64,000 nt of DNA. It comes from an uncultured virus (IMG/VR IMGVR_UViG_3300050821_011071) (taxonomy: Duplodnaviria; Heunggongvirae; Uroviricota; Caudoviricetes). A program made the position numbers and the translations under genes. The notes beneath the pieces were generated by a model. It was not told where the DNA came from, made no database searches, and was given only the letters and a program-made list of their open reading frames with translations. Positions 37,643 to 48,047 of the stretch are shown here, in pieces; the first letter of the stretch is position 1; the number at the start of each line of letters is the position of its first letter. The DNA is taken from IMG/VR virus record IMGVR_UViG_3300050821_011071; one strand, 5' to 3'.

Positions 37643-37671
37643 ACCTTACTAAACTGGAAGGACGTTGTCAA
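37643..37671 (-). promoter_or_regulatory. Promoter TTGACA-N17-TAAGGT for the Ig/Ig/LuxR-FN3 operon
   Basis: Hexamers with 17-nt spacing just upstream of ATG 37627. Confidence 0.6.
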
Positions 37672-38180
37672 GACATTTTTTCACAAAAAAGACAGATGTC
37701 GGGAAGCTCGTAGAAATAGAGGGGTTCAAGGCAGATGAAGCAAAGGGATGTGGGCGGTGCTGGGCGGACAAATAGGTTTGTAGAGGGCGGCATCGGCGGA
37801 AGGTCGGCAGCGGTGATGAACTCTTTCTCGGGAGGCATTGCCGCGTCACCGGTTGCTTCTTGTTCAGCTTTCTTCTTTTGCTTTTTGTTCGCCTTATTCA
37901 GGTCAGCGGCAGCCTTCCGGATTTCGGTGTTCTTAGCCGCTTGTTCGGCTAGCGGGGCGTACGCTGAAAGGGCCTCCGGTGTGATTGTAAGGCCGCTGGC
38001 GGGGCGTTTGGCCCTGAGACGCTCCAAGGCCTTAATACCCGGCGGAGGGGCGTACCAGAGCCAATTAGGGGCTCCGGTAGTTCGGAACCCGGCTTCCTTA
38101 ACCGCTTCCAAGTCCCCGGCGAAGTCAGCCGAGAACTCGGCCTCAAATTGGCGGCGTTCCGGACTCCAACGAATATTCAC
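37668..38180 (-). CDS. Hypothetical protein with C-terminal CxxC..CxxC (170 aa)
   Basis: GTGA overlap with the upstream gene; zinc-finger-like tail. Confidence 0.6.
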   Translation of the reverse strand: MNIRWSPERRQFEAEFSADFAGDLEAVKEAGFRTTGAPNWLWYAPPPGIKALERLRAKRPASGLTITPEALSAYAPLAEQAAKNTEIRKAAADLNKANKKQKKKAEQEATGDAAMPPEKEFITAADLPPMPPSTNLFVRPAPPTSLCFICLEPLYFYELPDICLFCEKMS

Positions 38181-38407
38181 TTATCAAGCGCCTGTCGAGC
38201 AAGTGAGAGTTTGATATTTTGGTTAGCAGTGACGCCGCGAAGCACGGCTAGACCGGTCGTTAAAACACGCCACTGTGCGCCAAGTTCCTCGCCTTGCTTA
38301 ATCTTCTCTGCGTCCTGAGTTTGCAAGAGCTTCTCAAAAGACTCCTCGATGAAGTCTTCTATGAAACCTTCTGCGTATGCCATTCGTTTGAGTTGTTCAA
38401 AATCCAT
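38177..38407 (-). CDS. Hypothetical protein (76 aa)
   Basis: Tightly packed in the operon. Confidence 0.55.
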   Translation of the reverse strand: MDFEQLKRMAYAEGFIEDFIEESFEKLLQTQDAEKIKQGEELGAQWRVLTTGLAVLRGVTANQNIKLSLARQALDK

Positions 38408-38408
38408 A

Positions 38409-38888
38409 TTACATCCCCGCGCGGTCTCGCCAGCCGCCGCGCTCCCCGTTATCGTTCTTTCGCTTATCTTCCGCTTCCTGAATTTGCTTAAAGTAATTCA
38501 TGTTTCGCATCTTGGTATTGAAGGTGAGGCTGGTGTAAATATCGTGGCAGACACTGCATACCGCCCCTAAAAATGGTACCTCAAAACTCTTCTCTGCGTC
38601 AGAGCTAATTACATGGTCGCAATGTCGACACCGTCTACGAAGAATTTTTCTAAGCCGGTCCATCTCTTTACAATTATTGATTCGAATCGAGAGCGAGACT
38701 TCGTCCGCGAATCGAAAATGTTTGACCAAGGTTACGCTGTCTTGGGTGATGTAAGATAAACTTGGGGACGCTTTAGGTAAAGAATCTAGTTGTGCGGCCA
38801 ACCGGTCTTCTAGCTTAGCTTCCCAATCTCGGAAGGAATCTCTTTTTCCGCCTTCTTGACCGCTTGTTTGCGTTTTGCCTGTCTCCAC
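38409..38888 (-). CDS. Hypothetical protein with CxxC pairs (up to 159 aa)
   Basis: CRHC...CSVC; start uncertain. Confidence 0.5.
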   Translation of the reverse strand: METGKTQTSGQEGGKRDSFRDWEAKLEDRLAAQLDSLPKASPSLSYITQDSVTLVKHFRFADEVSLSIRINNCKEMDRLRKILRRRCRHCDHVISSDAEKSFEVPFLGAVCSVCHDIYTSLTFNTKMRNMNYFKQIQEAEDKRKNDNGERGGWRDRAGM

Positions 38889-38995
38889 TCAGCCCTCTCT
38901 TTAAACCGGTGTCTGTTCATGCGCCATACGTCGAATTCGAAGTACATCACAAAAAAGCCTTGCAGTGTTATCAGCCACAACAAGAACGTGTCCAT
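38810..38995 (-). CDS. Small single-TM protein (61 aa), holin/accessory lysis candidate
   Basis: GAGGAG RBS; N-terminal hydrophobic helix and basic tail; follows the endolysin. Confidence 0.45.
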   Translation of the reverse strand: MDTFLLWLITLQGFFVMYFEFDVWRMNRHRFKERAEWRQAKRKQAVKKAEKEIPSEIGKLS

Positions 38996-39120
38996 AGCTC
39001 CTCAGTGGTGCGGATGAAGAAATTTTAAAAAGACATAAATATTGAATCCGACGCTGACGGCGGCGGCTACCGTGCGAATGATTGTCATCCAAAGGTCGAG
39101 AAGTTTTCTGCGCTCGCGTG

Positions 39121-39624
39121 TCACGAATTTATCCGGCGAATCCACCCAGCCAAAAACTCACGTTCCGGCGGGTTGGCTGTTGCCACATTAATGGCATGCG
39201 TCACCATCGCGGCCTTGTACGCGTTGTATAATGAGGCGGGCTCAGTCTGGTTTATTGTGGCAAGCGTATTAGGACCAACGACTCCGTCACTGGTAATGCC
39301 TAAAACAACTTGCATAACTCCGACAGCTACGTGGACGCCGAAAAGTACACCAAGGTCGAAGAGCTTCTCTGCTACGAACTGCGACTCAATCTGAGAAAAT
39401 CCGGCCTTCCAATAGTGCTCAGCGTAATACGCAATCGCTTGGTCTTCGGTCAAGTTCTCGATATCGGTTCCCGGGAGGTCAATCGCTGTAATCCCATACT
39501 TAGTACCAATAAGCGTCCCGACACCGATTTTTCCGCCGCTCCAATTCGCGTGGTCATTAGGGTTCTTTTGAAACCCGCCTTCGTGCACAAGTGTCTTTTG
39601 AATTGCTATTTTGAAATCAGCCAT
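39121..39624 (-). CDS. GH108 family lysozyme/endolysin (start MADFKIAI)
   Basis: HEGGF...PND...GTKYGIT...Y...YW; DG.VGP.TL; F..GWIRR. Confidence 0.88.
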   Translation of the reverse strand: MADFKIAIQKTLVHEGGFQKNPNDHANWSGGKIGVGTLIGTKYGITAIDLPGTDIENLTEDQAIAYYAEHYWKAGFSQIESQFVAEKLFDLGVLFGVHVAVGVMQVVLGITSDGVVGPNTLATINQTEPASLYNAYKAAMVTHAINVATANPPEREFLAGWIRRINS

Positions 39625-40288
39625 GTTTCGGTCCTTTTGCTTGAAATCGGTCTGGGTTCGCGATGAATTTGTTGAACTCGACCGGACGATAGTCAGTGTA
39701 TTCGATGGCAAATAGGCGCTGCCAATCGTGCTTCAAACGCTTGGTTGGGTCGATGCCCAAGAGCTCTTTGTCGCGCTCTAGTCGCTCGGGGCTATGGAAG
39801 CCGTCCCAGATATTGTGAAGATGGCCGTGCACATTTAAGGCGCAGCCTTCCGGAAGGCCCCATTCCATTTGTCCGTACGGTTGGTACCCATTCGACTTTA
39901 CGACCGCGTTTGCGGGCTCGTGAGTCAAAAGAACGTGGCGGAAAACGAGCTGGTCGCACGCGAAGTCGAACCCGTGCTCCATCCACCAAGTGCATGATTG
40001 ACTGCGGTCGTGGTTCCCGCGGATGAGAATCTTGCGCCCCGGGAGGCTCGGCATAATCCACTCGGACTTTTTGCCAATCATAACGTCGCCTAAGTGGATG
40101 ACTGTGTCGGTCGGCTTGACAGTCTGATTCCAATTCTTAATGATACGCTCAGTAAAATTTGGCGGACGCTGACAGTACGTTTCCATATTGCTGTGATTCA
40201 AGTGGGTATCAGAGATAAGAAAAATATTCATGTCTTCCGCCTCCTGTATATAGTTGTCGTGCCAATCCTTACCTTCGAACAAAATCAC
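39617..40288 (-). CDS. Calcineurin-like metallophosphoesterase
   Basis: SDTH; HLGD; RGNHD; THEP; HGHLH. Confidence 0.9.
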   Translation of the reverse strand: MILFEGKDWHDNYIQEAEDMNIFLISDTHLNHSNMETYCQRPPNFTERIIKNWNQTVKPTDTVIHLGDVMIGKKSEWIMPSLPGRKILIRGNHDRSQSCTWWMEHGFDFACDQLVFRHVLLTHEPANAVVKSNGYQPYGQMEWGLPEGCALNVHGHLHNIWDGFHSPERLERDKELLGIDPTKRLKHDWQRLFAIEYTDYRPVEFNKFIANPDRFQAKGPKHG

Positions 40289-40947
40289 GCCACCCTCTTA
40301 ATCTTTTCATAGTACTCGTACATCATACTAGGTTCGTACTTCTTTTGCAGCGCGCTCGAAAGGTGCAGCGTAATCAAATCTTTGTCGACCGTTTCGCCGG
40401 GCCGCCAGCGATATCCCGAGTTGAACGTTGGCTGTATGCCGTGCTCTCTCAGTACCGCGGCCACGAAGACATCCTCCGCACAAGACACAACCTTATCAGC
40501 ATTCGCCACGATTGTCAAGGCCTTTCTTGAAAGCCAAAAACCAGCACCGCCGCTAGCGAATTGGATTGCGCCGCCGCCGAAGCGGTCTTGTAAGCTGGGA
40601 GGCATCGCGTCTTCGTTGAAGCCGCCCGAGTAATCGTATTTCTGAAAGCCGCTGGCCGCCAACCCGCGTGGATTTATAACCGTGTCTGTATCGGCTTTGA
40701 ATATAAAATCGAAGTCTTGCTCCACGGCCCATTGACAAATCGCTCGGGTTTTTAAAGACAGGGTTTCATAAGAGTCTGGTATCCCGGCCCCCAGAAGGGT
40801 TATTTCATCGGGTAGAAAACTATCAACAACGTCGCCCATAAAAAACCGTTTCTCAACGAGACGTATGTCTCTCATCCAAGTATCGCGTTGGGCTTGGTGC
40901 TTTACGCGGTCTTGGAAACAGCTCTCGATGGCGACGAGTACTCTCAT
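40285..40947 (-). CDS. GT31/fringe-like glycosyltransferase
   Basis: RDTW...D.YETLSLKT...FKADTDT...SGGAGFWLS...EDVFV. Confidence 0.8.
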   Translation of the reverse strand: MRVLVAIESCFQDRVKHQAQRDTWMRDIRLVEKRFFMGDVVDSFLPDEITLLGAGIPDSYETLSLKTRAICQWAVEQDFDFIFKADTDTVINPRGLAASGFQKYDYSGGFNEDAMPPSLQDRFGGGAIQFASGGAGFWLSRKALTIVANADKVVSCAEDVFVAAVLREHGIQPTFNSGYRWRPGETVDKDLITLHLSSALQKKYEPSMMYEYYEKIKRVA

Positions 40948-41696
40948 ATTACCGGTTCCTCGAACTGACGAGCTACGTCTGCCAAACACGCCGGATTGCA
41001 CTCATGTTTTCTTTGCCACATATATTCAAGCGTCGGGGCACGACCTGCTTCTGCTAGAAAAAACTCTGGGCAGATTGTATCACGAGAAACCTCTGGTTGT
41101 CTCTCAAGATTCATCTCGTACGTATTCTTAGCGTGGCGACGAACAACAAGCATTCGGCCCGGGTCTGCGATAGCTAATTCATCTGCCTCGCGAGCAACTC
41201 GGGAAAACTGGGTGTCTTCCCCCATTGTCTCGTCTGGGAAGGGGTGTAAATCCCACCAAGCTCTCATGTAGCACTGGCTGGACCCGCTGGCAAAATACGG
41301 GGGTCCGCCCGCGGTCTTGAAAAACTTGCCGGTCGCCTCTTCAAACATGACGCTTCGATTGTACCCAGTGACCGCTTTGCCGGTCTTGAGCAGACGTTGG
41401 ACCTCGTCCTGAATCCTGTGGGCACTAGACCAATCGTCATCGTCCAAGCTCGCGACTATGTCACTAGTGGCGGCCTCCGCACCTATGTTTCGTTTCACTC
41501 CGGTGCTTGCACGCTTGTCCAACTTGATATACTTGATGCGCCCGTCCGCAGGTAAGGATAGAATCTCCGTACCATCATCCACAATAATCAGTTCCGCTAT
41601 CGGGTAGATTTGCTGAGTGAAACAGCGAATCGCCATTGGCACATATTTTGCGCGGTTCCACGTAGGCATGACCATGGATACAGTCGGCTGCCTCAT
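40944..41696 (-). CDS. GT2 family glycosyltransferase
   Basis: VSMVMPTWNR...IIVDDG...RNIG...LDDDD...GED. Confidence 0.9.
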   Translation of the reverse strand: MRQPTVSMVMPTWNRAKYVPMAIRCFTQQIYPIAELIIVDDGTEILSLPADGRIKYIKLDKRASTGVKRNIGAEAATSDIVASLDDDDWSSAHRIQDEVQRLLKTGKAVTGYNRSVMFEEATGKFFKTAGGPPYFASGSSQCYMRAWWDLHPFPDETMGEDTQFSRVAREADELAIADPGRMLVVRRHAKNTYEMNLERQPEVSRDTICPEFFLAEAGRAPTLEYMWQRKHECNPACLADVARQFEEPVI

Positions 41697-42499
41697 CGAA
41701 TTCTCCACCCGCCAATCTTCTCGGGGTGTTCCCAGACGTCGTTGATGGCAGTGTGTACTCGCGCGCCAAAATTAGAATAAAGCAACGAGCGATTATAATT
41801 GTCCTCGATGGCGGCACGGCGCGATGCGTACGTCTCTGGTGTCAAAGCAGCTAACCCGGCCTCAAGGTCATCTGCATTGTTGAACTTAATGATGCCTTCG
41901 GGGTTGAAGAACTCATCTACGTTAGGGCAGCCCCAGTAAATGGGGATAGTCTTTGTGGCGAAGCAGTCAATGAGCTTCTCTGTAAAAAAGTTCTGACGCC
42001 GCGTGTTCTCCATAGCGACACTGAATTGAAAAGGCACAAGCATACTGCGCTTATCCGCTAGCATCGGTGGAGACTTGTGCTTAGTAACCGGGATTGCGCC
42101 GACCCTATTTGCCAAACGATTGAAGATGTCGAGACGTAGTCCATGCCCGGGACACATAACCTTTGAGCTCGTGAGGAAGCTGGCGGCGAACTCTTTCTTC
42201 GAAGTGTCCGCTTCGCGCGTCCAGCAACCACCGAACGGAAACAAGACCGCATTGCCACAGTACCCGAGGATGACATGGTTCCATGTCAATATTAGGTCGT
42301 AGAAGCCGCTATTGTCGATAATCTTTTGCTCTATGTTGCGAATCTCCGGCGGCTCCATTTGTAAAAAGACCTTGTAGGGCGTGCGGTCAGCGAAGTTGAA
42401 CGAGTCGACGTGAATTGATACTTGCCAATTGAAGTCGGCGAAGTATTCGGCCTTACACCAATCCGAAAAAACTACCGGGCGATATGTTTTATTTTCCAT
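41693..42499 (-). CDS. GT10 (alpha-1,3/4-fucosyltransferase-like) glycosyltransferase
   Basis: QMEPP; FSVAMEN...FFTEKLIDCF...TIPIYWG; start MENKTYRP. Confidence 0.82.
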   Translation of the reverse strand: MENKTYRPVVFSDWCKAEYFADFNWQVSIHVDSFNFADRTPYKVFLQMEPPEIRNIEQKIIDNSGFYDLILTWNHVILGYCGNAVLFPFGGCWTREADTSKKEFAASFLTSSKVMCPGHGLRLDIFNRLANRVGAIPVTKHKSPPMLADKRSMLVPFQFSVAMENTRRQNFFTEKLIDCFATKTIPIYWGCPNVDEFFNPEGIIKFNNADDLEAGLAALTPETYASRRAAIEDNYNRSLLYSNFGARVHTAINDVWEHPEKIGGWRIR

Positions 42500-43661
42500 T
42501 AAAGTACCCGTGGATGACATCCGAAACATACAAAATATCGTCAGATGAAAGGCCTTGGTGCATTCCGATGAAAAAGCCATTCTCAGCGAGGTCCTTAGCG
42601 ACCGGGAACTTGTCTTCTAGTCCCGGGAAGAGCTTACGATAAATCGGCTGTGATAGCAAGGGGAACAAATAGCGGGTCTCGATGCCGCGCTCTTCCATGT
42701 ACGTCAAGAGCTTGTCGCGGTCTTCGTCGACCACCATCGGATACATCATAAAACTGTGGTAATAACCATCCGGGATATACGGAAGTTGAAGTTGGGGCAA
42801 ATCGCTGAGTAGTTCGCTCAATAGTCGCGCATTCTTTTGGCGTGTTTCGATATTCTCTTGCCAACGTTCAAGTTCCGATAGCGCAATGGCCGCTTCCAGC
42901 TCTGTCGCGCGATACGAATATCCAACGCGCTCAAAGCTGTATCTGCGCTCAATCATCTGCTTACGCAAAGCGGCGTCATCAGAATCATCTTGGTCAATGT
43001 TGGTGTAAATGGAGTCGCGCCCATGGGCCATAAGGCTACGGCAAATCTTTTCTAACTCGGGGTCTTTGCCGGTAATCAGGCCGCCGACTCCACCAACAAT
43101 AAGATGCGCAACGTAGGTGCTAAAGCAAGCGAGGTTACCAAAACTCCCGACCGGTTGATACTTGTTGCCTGCGAACATCGTCTCGCACGAGTCTTCGATT
43201 ATTTGAAGTCTATATACACGCGCCAATCTCACGATTTCGGGCATGTACGCCGGTAAGCCGAACAAGTGTACTGGGATGATACAACGAGTCCGCGGCGCAA
43301 TAGCTTCCTCGATTCTGGCCGGGTCGATATTAAAAGTAGCTACATCGACATCCACGAACACCGGCTTCAATCCATTTTGAATTACAACGTTGCTGGTCGC
43401 GATGAACGTGGTCGCTGGAACAATTACCTCGTCCCCGTTCTCGTAACCGTAGTATTCTTTCAGCGCGGCTAGCGCAACTTGTAGGGCGCTTGTACCGCTG
43501 TTCAAAAAGATACCGTAATCGCAGCCGTGCATTTGAGCGAACTCTTTCTCGAACTTCTCCGTAAATGGGCCGCGCGAAAGCCGGTTGTTATCAAGCGCTT
43601 CGTTGACATAGCGCTTACCGGTCTCGCTTATGTTGAGCGTGCCGAGAGTAATCTTTCTCAC
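42489..43661 (-). CDS. DegT/DnrJ-family PLP enzyme with His in place of the Schiff-base Lys (ColD/E1-like 3-dehydratase)
   Basis: NSGTSAL; PATTFIAT; PVHLFG; EDSCE; FSTYVAHLIVGGVGG (His where aminotransferases have Lys). Confidence 0.85.
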   Translation of the reverse strand: MRKITLGTLNISETGKRYVNEALDNNRLSRGPFTEKFEKEFAQMHGCDYGIFLNSGTSALQVALAALKEYYGYENGDEVIVPATTFIATSNVVIQNGLKPVFVDVDVATFNIDPARIEEAIAPRTRCIIPVHLFGLPAYMPEIVRLARVYRLQIIEDSCETMFAGNKYQPVGSFGNLACFSTYVAHLIVGGVGGLITGKDPELEKICRSLMAHGRDSIYTNIDQDDSDDAALRKQMIERRYSFERVGYSYRATELEAAIALSELERWQENIETRQKNARLLSELLSDLPQLQLPYIPDGYYHSFMMYPMVVDEDRDKLLTYMEERGIETRYLFPLLSQPIYRKLFPGLEDKFPVAKDLAENGFFIGMHQGLSSDDILYVSDVIHGYFNGK

Positions 43662-44242
43662 TTCAATCTCCAACTCTCCCATACGAACGGATAGTTATAA
43701 GTCTCAGTGTGAGTCTCCGAGAGCGCCGAGCGAATGGCATCACGCAACTCGATGCAGTTCGGATGGTCATCGTGAAATTGAACCTGAATGTTTCGGCATA
43801 GTTTCGCGACGCCTGACTCGACCATGCGCGCGAGGAGTGCGTACTCTCCGCCTTCGATATTAATGTTAATCAGGTCGACCGGCGACGTAATGATTTCGGC
43901 TACGTCGCGCATCGGCACAGCTTCCGAGCCTTCGCCCGGGCGGCTGCGGTCTTCGTCTTTTTCAAAAACAATCTCGCCGTTGAAGTCTGTAAGTCCGAAA
44001 TTAAACGCGCTGATTTTCGGATTGTCCTTAAATCGCTCGACCGAGGCGTCAAAGAACTCTTTGACCGGCTCATAGAGAACAATGAAACAATTGTACTTCT
44101 CCGCCATTTCGGACGTCCAGCGACCGCGGTATCCTCCGACTTCGATTATTACGCTGTTTTCGGTAAGCGGATAATCGACATTGCGAGTTTTGTCGCCGTT
44201 GTCTCGGTACCAGTCAACCAAAGATTCTGTATTAAGTGCCAT
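43658..44242 (-). CDS. FkbM family methyltransferase
   Basis: EVGGYRG...YEPV...ININIEGGEY...QVQFH; strong RBS before MALNTE (ORF extends to 44377). Confidence 0.8.
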   Translation of the reverse strand: MALNTESLVDWYRDNGDKTRNVDYPLTENSVIIEVGGYRGRWTSEMAEKYNCFIVLYEPVKEFFDASVERFKDNPKISAFNFGLTDFNGEIVFEKDEDRSRPGEGSEAVPMRDVAEIITSPVDLININIEGGEYALLARMVESGVAKLCRNIQVQFHDDHPNCIELRDAIRSALSETHTETYNYPFVWESWRLK

Positions 44243-44354
44243 GTTCCTTCTCTCCTGTATCACCGCAGAAATTTGACTCGGGCCCGGGAGCGACATCTGA
44301 AATCCGCCTTTGGGTGTTCTGACATAAACCGATAACCACTCGCCGACCGATGCT

Positions 44355-45284
44355 TTAATTCGAGCGTAGTTTGGCATTATACCACGCTATGGTCTCTCGC
44401 AATCCGCACTCAAAAAGAGTCTGGGCCTCGAAGCCGAATTTCTCTTTGGCGAGATTGGTGGCGAGAACACGGCGAGGTTGCCCGTCAGGCATCTTACTAT
44501 CCCAAAGCAACTCGCCGTTGAATCCGGTCAAGATGTTTATCTTTTCTGCTACTTCGTAAATCGACAACTCTCGACCTGAGCCAAGATTAATCGGGGCGGC
44601 CTCGTCATAATGCTCCGCGGCGAGCAAAATACCCTCGGCGGCGTCCTCGACGTAAAGAAAGTCTCGGGTCGCGTTACCTGTTCCCCACAAGGTCAGCGAG
44701 TCTTTTCGAGCGTTTCGGGCTTCGACGCATTTACGAATTACCGCGGGGATAAAATGAGAACCTTCACCGAAGTTATCGCCGGGGCCATACAGATTGGCTG
44801 AGAGCAAATGAATAATATTCATGCCGTATTGCTGACGATAAGCTTGACCCATTGCTTCTAGCGCTCTTTTCGCCACGCCGTACGCGCCATTTGTTTCTTC
44901 AGGATATCCGCTCCACAAACTCGACTCAGTGATGGGCATAGGGGCGGTCTTCGGGTATTCGCATGCGGAGCCCATCATAACTATCTTAGCTTTGGTATGC
45001 TTCCCGGCCTCGATAAGCTCCATGCCCATTTTCATGTTGTCATAAAACATGTTCGCGGGTTGCTGCATATTCTTTTGAATGCCGCCAGCTCTGGCCGCCA
45101 GATGGATAATCACGTCAGGAGAAAAATGTGCGTAGATTCTTTGAGCATTTTCTCGCTCTCTCAAATTCCAAGCAGGAGCGTAGACTTTGGTAGCTCCTAT
45201 CTTTTGTAAACGTGAGACCAGATGGCGACCTAGGAAACCCGAGGCTCCGGTCACCACAGTTGTATTTTCAGTCCAGAAGCTCAT
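44355..45284 (-). CDS. fcl: GDP-L-fucose synthase/ColC-like epimerase-reductase
   Basis: [62 protein letters not shown]. Confidence 0.88.
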   Translation of the reverse strand: MSFWTENTTVVTGASGFLGRHLVSRLQKIGATKVYAPAWNLRERENAQRIYAHFSPDVIIHLAARAGGIQKNMQQPANMFYDNMKMGMELIEAGKHTKAKIVMMGSACEYPKTAPMPITESSLWSGYPEETNGAYGVAKRALEAMGQAYRQQYGMNIIHLLSANLYGPGDNFGEGSHFIPAVIRKCVEARNARKDSLTLWGTGNATRDFLYVEDAAEGILLAAEHYDEAAPINLGSGRELSIYEVAEKINILTGFNGELLWDSKMPDGQPRRVLATNLAKEKFGFEAQTLFECGLRETIAWYNAKLRSN

Positions 45285-46218
45285 AATCCGCCTTTACCAT
45301 TAATTCGGCTAATTTCCACATCGGTATTCTTGGTTCCCATCCAAGAACTCGTTTGGCTTTTGACGCGTCGCCTTGCAGCACGTCGACTTCGGCTGGGCGG
45401 AAATATTTTGGGTCAACTTCCACGTAGTTGCGCCAATCCAGATTTAGTGCTCCGAAAGCCTCGGTTAAAAATTCTCGGACGGTGTTGGTCCGACCCGTAG
45501 CCAAAACATAATCACCGGGCGACGGAAACTGTAGCATGCGCCACATGCCTTCGACATACTCTGGGGCGTACCCCCAGTCGCGCTTGGCGTCCAAATTACC
45601 TAGGAATAGTTTATCTTGCAAGCCCTTTTTTATACGAGCGGCGGCCTTGGTTATTTTCCGGGTGACGAAGGTCTCCCCGCGCCGAGGCGACTCATGATTG
45701 AAAAGAATTCCGTTGCACGCGAACATATTATAGCTCTCGCGATAATTCACGGTCATGTGGTATGCGTAAGCTTTTGCTACGCCATACGGGCTGCGCGGAT
45801 AAAACGGCGTAGTCTCTGTTTGAGGAACTTCTTGGACCTTTCCGAAAAGCTCTGAGCTGCTCGCTTGATAGAATCTTGCGCCTGTTCCTCGAAGCGCCTC
45901 AAGCATGCGAAGAACTCCTAGCGCGTCGGTGTCGCCGGTGTATTCAGGAATATCAAAACTGGTACGAACATGTGATTGCGCACCGAGATTGTAGACTTCA
46001 TCCGGCTTAACCGAATCGACGATATTTCGCAAACTAGAGCCGTCCGTCAAATCGCCGTAATGAAGCTGCAAATCATCAAAGATATGGTCAATTCGGTCTG
46101 TGCTCGGGGTGCTGTGACGGCGAATGATGCCGTGGACTTCGTAGCCCTTAGACAGCAAGAGCTCCGCAAGATACGACCCATCTTGTCCCGAAATTCCAGT
46201 AATCAGTGCGCGTTTCAT
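45268..46218 (-). CDS. gmd: GDP-mannose 4,6-dehydratase
   Basis: [65 protein letters not shown]. Confidence 0.96.
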   Translation of the reverse strand: MKRALITGISGQDGSYLAELLLSKGYEVHGIIRRHSTPSTDRIDHIFDDLQLHYGDLTDGSSLRNIVDSVKPDEVYNLGAQSHVRTSFDIPEYTGDTDALGVLRMLEALRGTGARFYQASSSELFGKVQEVPQTETTPFYPRSPYGVAKAYAYHMTVNYRESYNMFACNGILFNHESPRRGETFVTRKITKAAARIKKGLQDKLFLGNLDAKRDWGYAPEYVEGMWRMLQFPSPGDYVLATGRTNTVREFLTEAFGALNLDWRNYVEVDPKYFRPAEVDVLQGDASKAKRVLGWEPRIPMWKLAELMVKADYELLD

Positions 46219-47003
46219 ATTCTTATCCATCGCTCCGGGCAAATGTCCGTTGATTGCTCTTGCATCTGGGGGTCCGCGAACCATTGTTTAGGTGCGACCA
46301 CGAGGCGTCCTTGCTGATTATCGCCGAGCCAAGTTCCCCACCAGCTAAAAGACGAATTCGCTAGCACCGAATGTTTACAACAGCCCATCAATCGAAGGTC
46401 GTCGTACTTGTATGTTCCGCTCACCACTCGCCAATCTTGCGGCAGGTTCTGGCGGCACCACTCGCGGTCGTCTGAGAATACAAAGACTTTGCTAGGGAGT
46501 ATCTGACACTGAATCTGCTTAACCGCGGCAAGGTAATAATCAACGGACGGCATGCCGTGAAACGACTGCCAATCGACATAATCTTGGCGGCGGACGTGAA
46601 CGGCTATGCTGATGGAGCGATAGATTTCGCTATGCGCGACAGCGAAGCTCTCTGAGACTACCGAGCTTTTCTGAGGCCAGAGGGCGGCATTAAACTTACG
46701 ACGGATGTCGTTCTCTATACTCTTGAAATACTTCTCTGATTGCCAATAGCCGATTGTGGTACTCGGGTCGGGCGGATTCATCTTGCTTTCGTCAAATCTG
46801 AAATCGCCTTCTCGGAACAAGGTCTCCGAGGGGTTGCCGAAAGGCAGCTCACCAAAGACACCGAGAGCATATTCGCGGTGCGTGCCCGGGCGCTCGCGGG
46901 ATTTATCGTACTGCACCTGATAGCCGCGAGCTTCTAATGCGAGCCCGTACGCGTATTGGAACATGGTGTTCCCTAACCCGCCTTGGAGCGCGACCGTAAT
47001 CAT
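46215..47003 (-). CDS. GT11 (alpha-1,2-fucosyl/colitosyl-transferase-like) glycosyltransferase
   Basis: [44 protein letters not shown]. Confidence 0.9.
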   Translation of the reverse strand: MITVALQGGLGNTMFQYAYGLALEARGYQVQYDKSRERPGTHREYALGVFGELPFGNPSETLFREGDFRFDESKMNPPDPSTTIGYWQSEKYFKSIENDIRRKFNAALWPQKSSVVSESFAVAHSEIYRSISIAVHVRRQDYVDWQSFHGMPSVDYYLAAVKQIQCQILPSKVFVFSDDREWCRQNLPQDWRVVSGTYKYDDLRLMGCCKHSVLANSSFSWWGTWLGDNQQGRLVVAPKQWFADPQMQEQSTDICPERWIRI

Positions 47004-47695
47004 CGATGATTCCCCGCGTACATTTTCTCCATCCAGCCAAAGCTTGGGTCATACTTGTTGCCGCCGTATTCACTTTGCGGGAAGTGCCAACTGTACATAT
47101 TGCCAGTGTAATTGTTGGCGCGCGTGTTCATCGCTGTCCAGCCTTCTTTTTCCAAGAACGGACCGACCACTTGGCCAATCCAAAGGTCTTCGGCCCAGCT
47201 ATTCGGAAATTGATAAGCGGCTTCCACGGTTGCGCGCTTGCTTAGGAAGTACCCCATACCACCAGAGGCCCAAGTGTAGCACTTTGGGTGGTCTTCCGGG
47301 GCTCCGTTCAAATCAGTCGTCTTATAAGGAAAAAAGATTCCCAAATGGTGAAGCATGTGGCCCATGTAATCGTACTTCTCGAATCCACTGGTCAAAAGAT
47401 ACGGGACATAGACGAACGTGTCCGTGTCACAAAGATAAACGTGGTCGACCCTCTTGCCGCTGACCCACTTACAAATCTCCCGGGTCTTGAACGGCAGGCC
47501 TGCGTAACTATCGTCACAGTTCAAATGAACTTCATCAGGCTCGTATCGGTTGACGGAGTCGTTCGCGCCTACGAAGAATCGGACATCGATGCCCGCGGCC
47601 TTGGCGTCCTTGCCCCATGTCGAGCGAATAACGTGATGGTCGCCGCGACGAAGGTCGCGTTGGCAACTTTTGACCGCGATGATTAGCTTAGACAC
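47000..47695 (-). CDS. Second GT31/fringe-like glycosyltransferase
   Basis: IRSTW...DSYAGLPFKT...CDTDT...SGGMGYFLS...EDLWIG; paralogous to 40285-40947. Confidence 0.8.
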   Translation of the reverse strand: MSKLIIAVKSCQRDLRRGDHHVIRSTWGKDAKAAGIDVRFFVGANDSVNRYEPDEVHLNCDDSYAGLPFKTREICKWVSGKRVDHVYLCDTDTFVYVPYLLTSGFEKYDYMGHMLHHLGIFFPYKTTDLNGAPEDHPKCYTWASGGMGYFLSKRATVEAAYQFPNSWAEDLWIGQVVGPFLEKEGWTAMNTRANNYTGNMYSWHFPQSEYGGNKYDPSFGWMEKMYAGNHR

Positions 47696-48047
47696 GCTTC
47701 CCTCGCATAAAATCAAAAACTTTCTGACTAAGATACCCTAAATGGTATGCCACTGCTTCGTTGGTATCGTCCACTCCCATGTATTCCATCATGCGTCGAA
47801 TGACGTGCCAACTTTCATGAGCGATAGTTCCGACCGGCGCATTATATGGGAGAAACATCATGCTAGTTGGCTGATTCTCGACGTGAACTGCGATTGCCTG
47901 AGTATCTTCCAAATCGATGTCGAGGTCACGAGTATACTTGTATTTCTTTAATGAGCCTCCGATATCTGTGGTCTTTTCGATGTGCACTGCGTAGCCGCAG
48001 AAAACCGGAAACTTGATAGTAGTGAATTTGGATTTCACTTGACACAC
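47688..48047 (-). CDS. Small HExxH metallopeptidase-like protein (119 aa)
   Basis: TIAHESWH...NEAVAY. Confidence 0.6.
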   Translation of the reverse strand: MCQVKSKFTTIKFPVFCGYAVHIEKTTDIGGSLKKYKYTRDLDIDLEDTQAIAVHVENQPTSMMFLPYNAPVGTIAHESWHVIRRMMEYMGVDDTNEAVAYHLGYLSQKVFDFMRGKRV

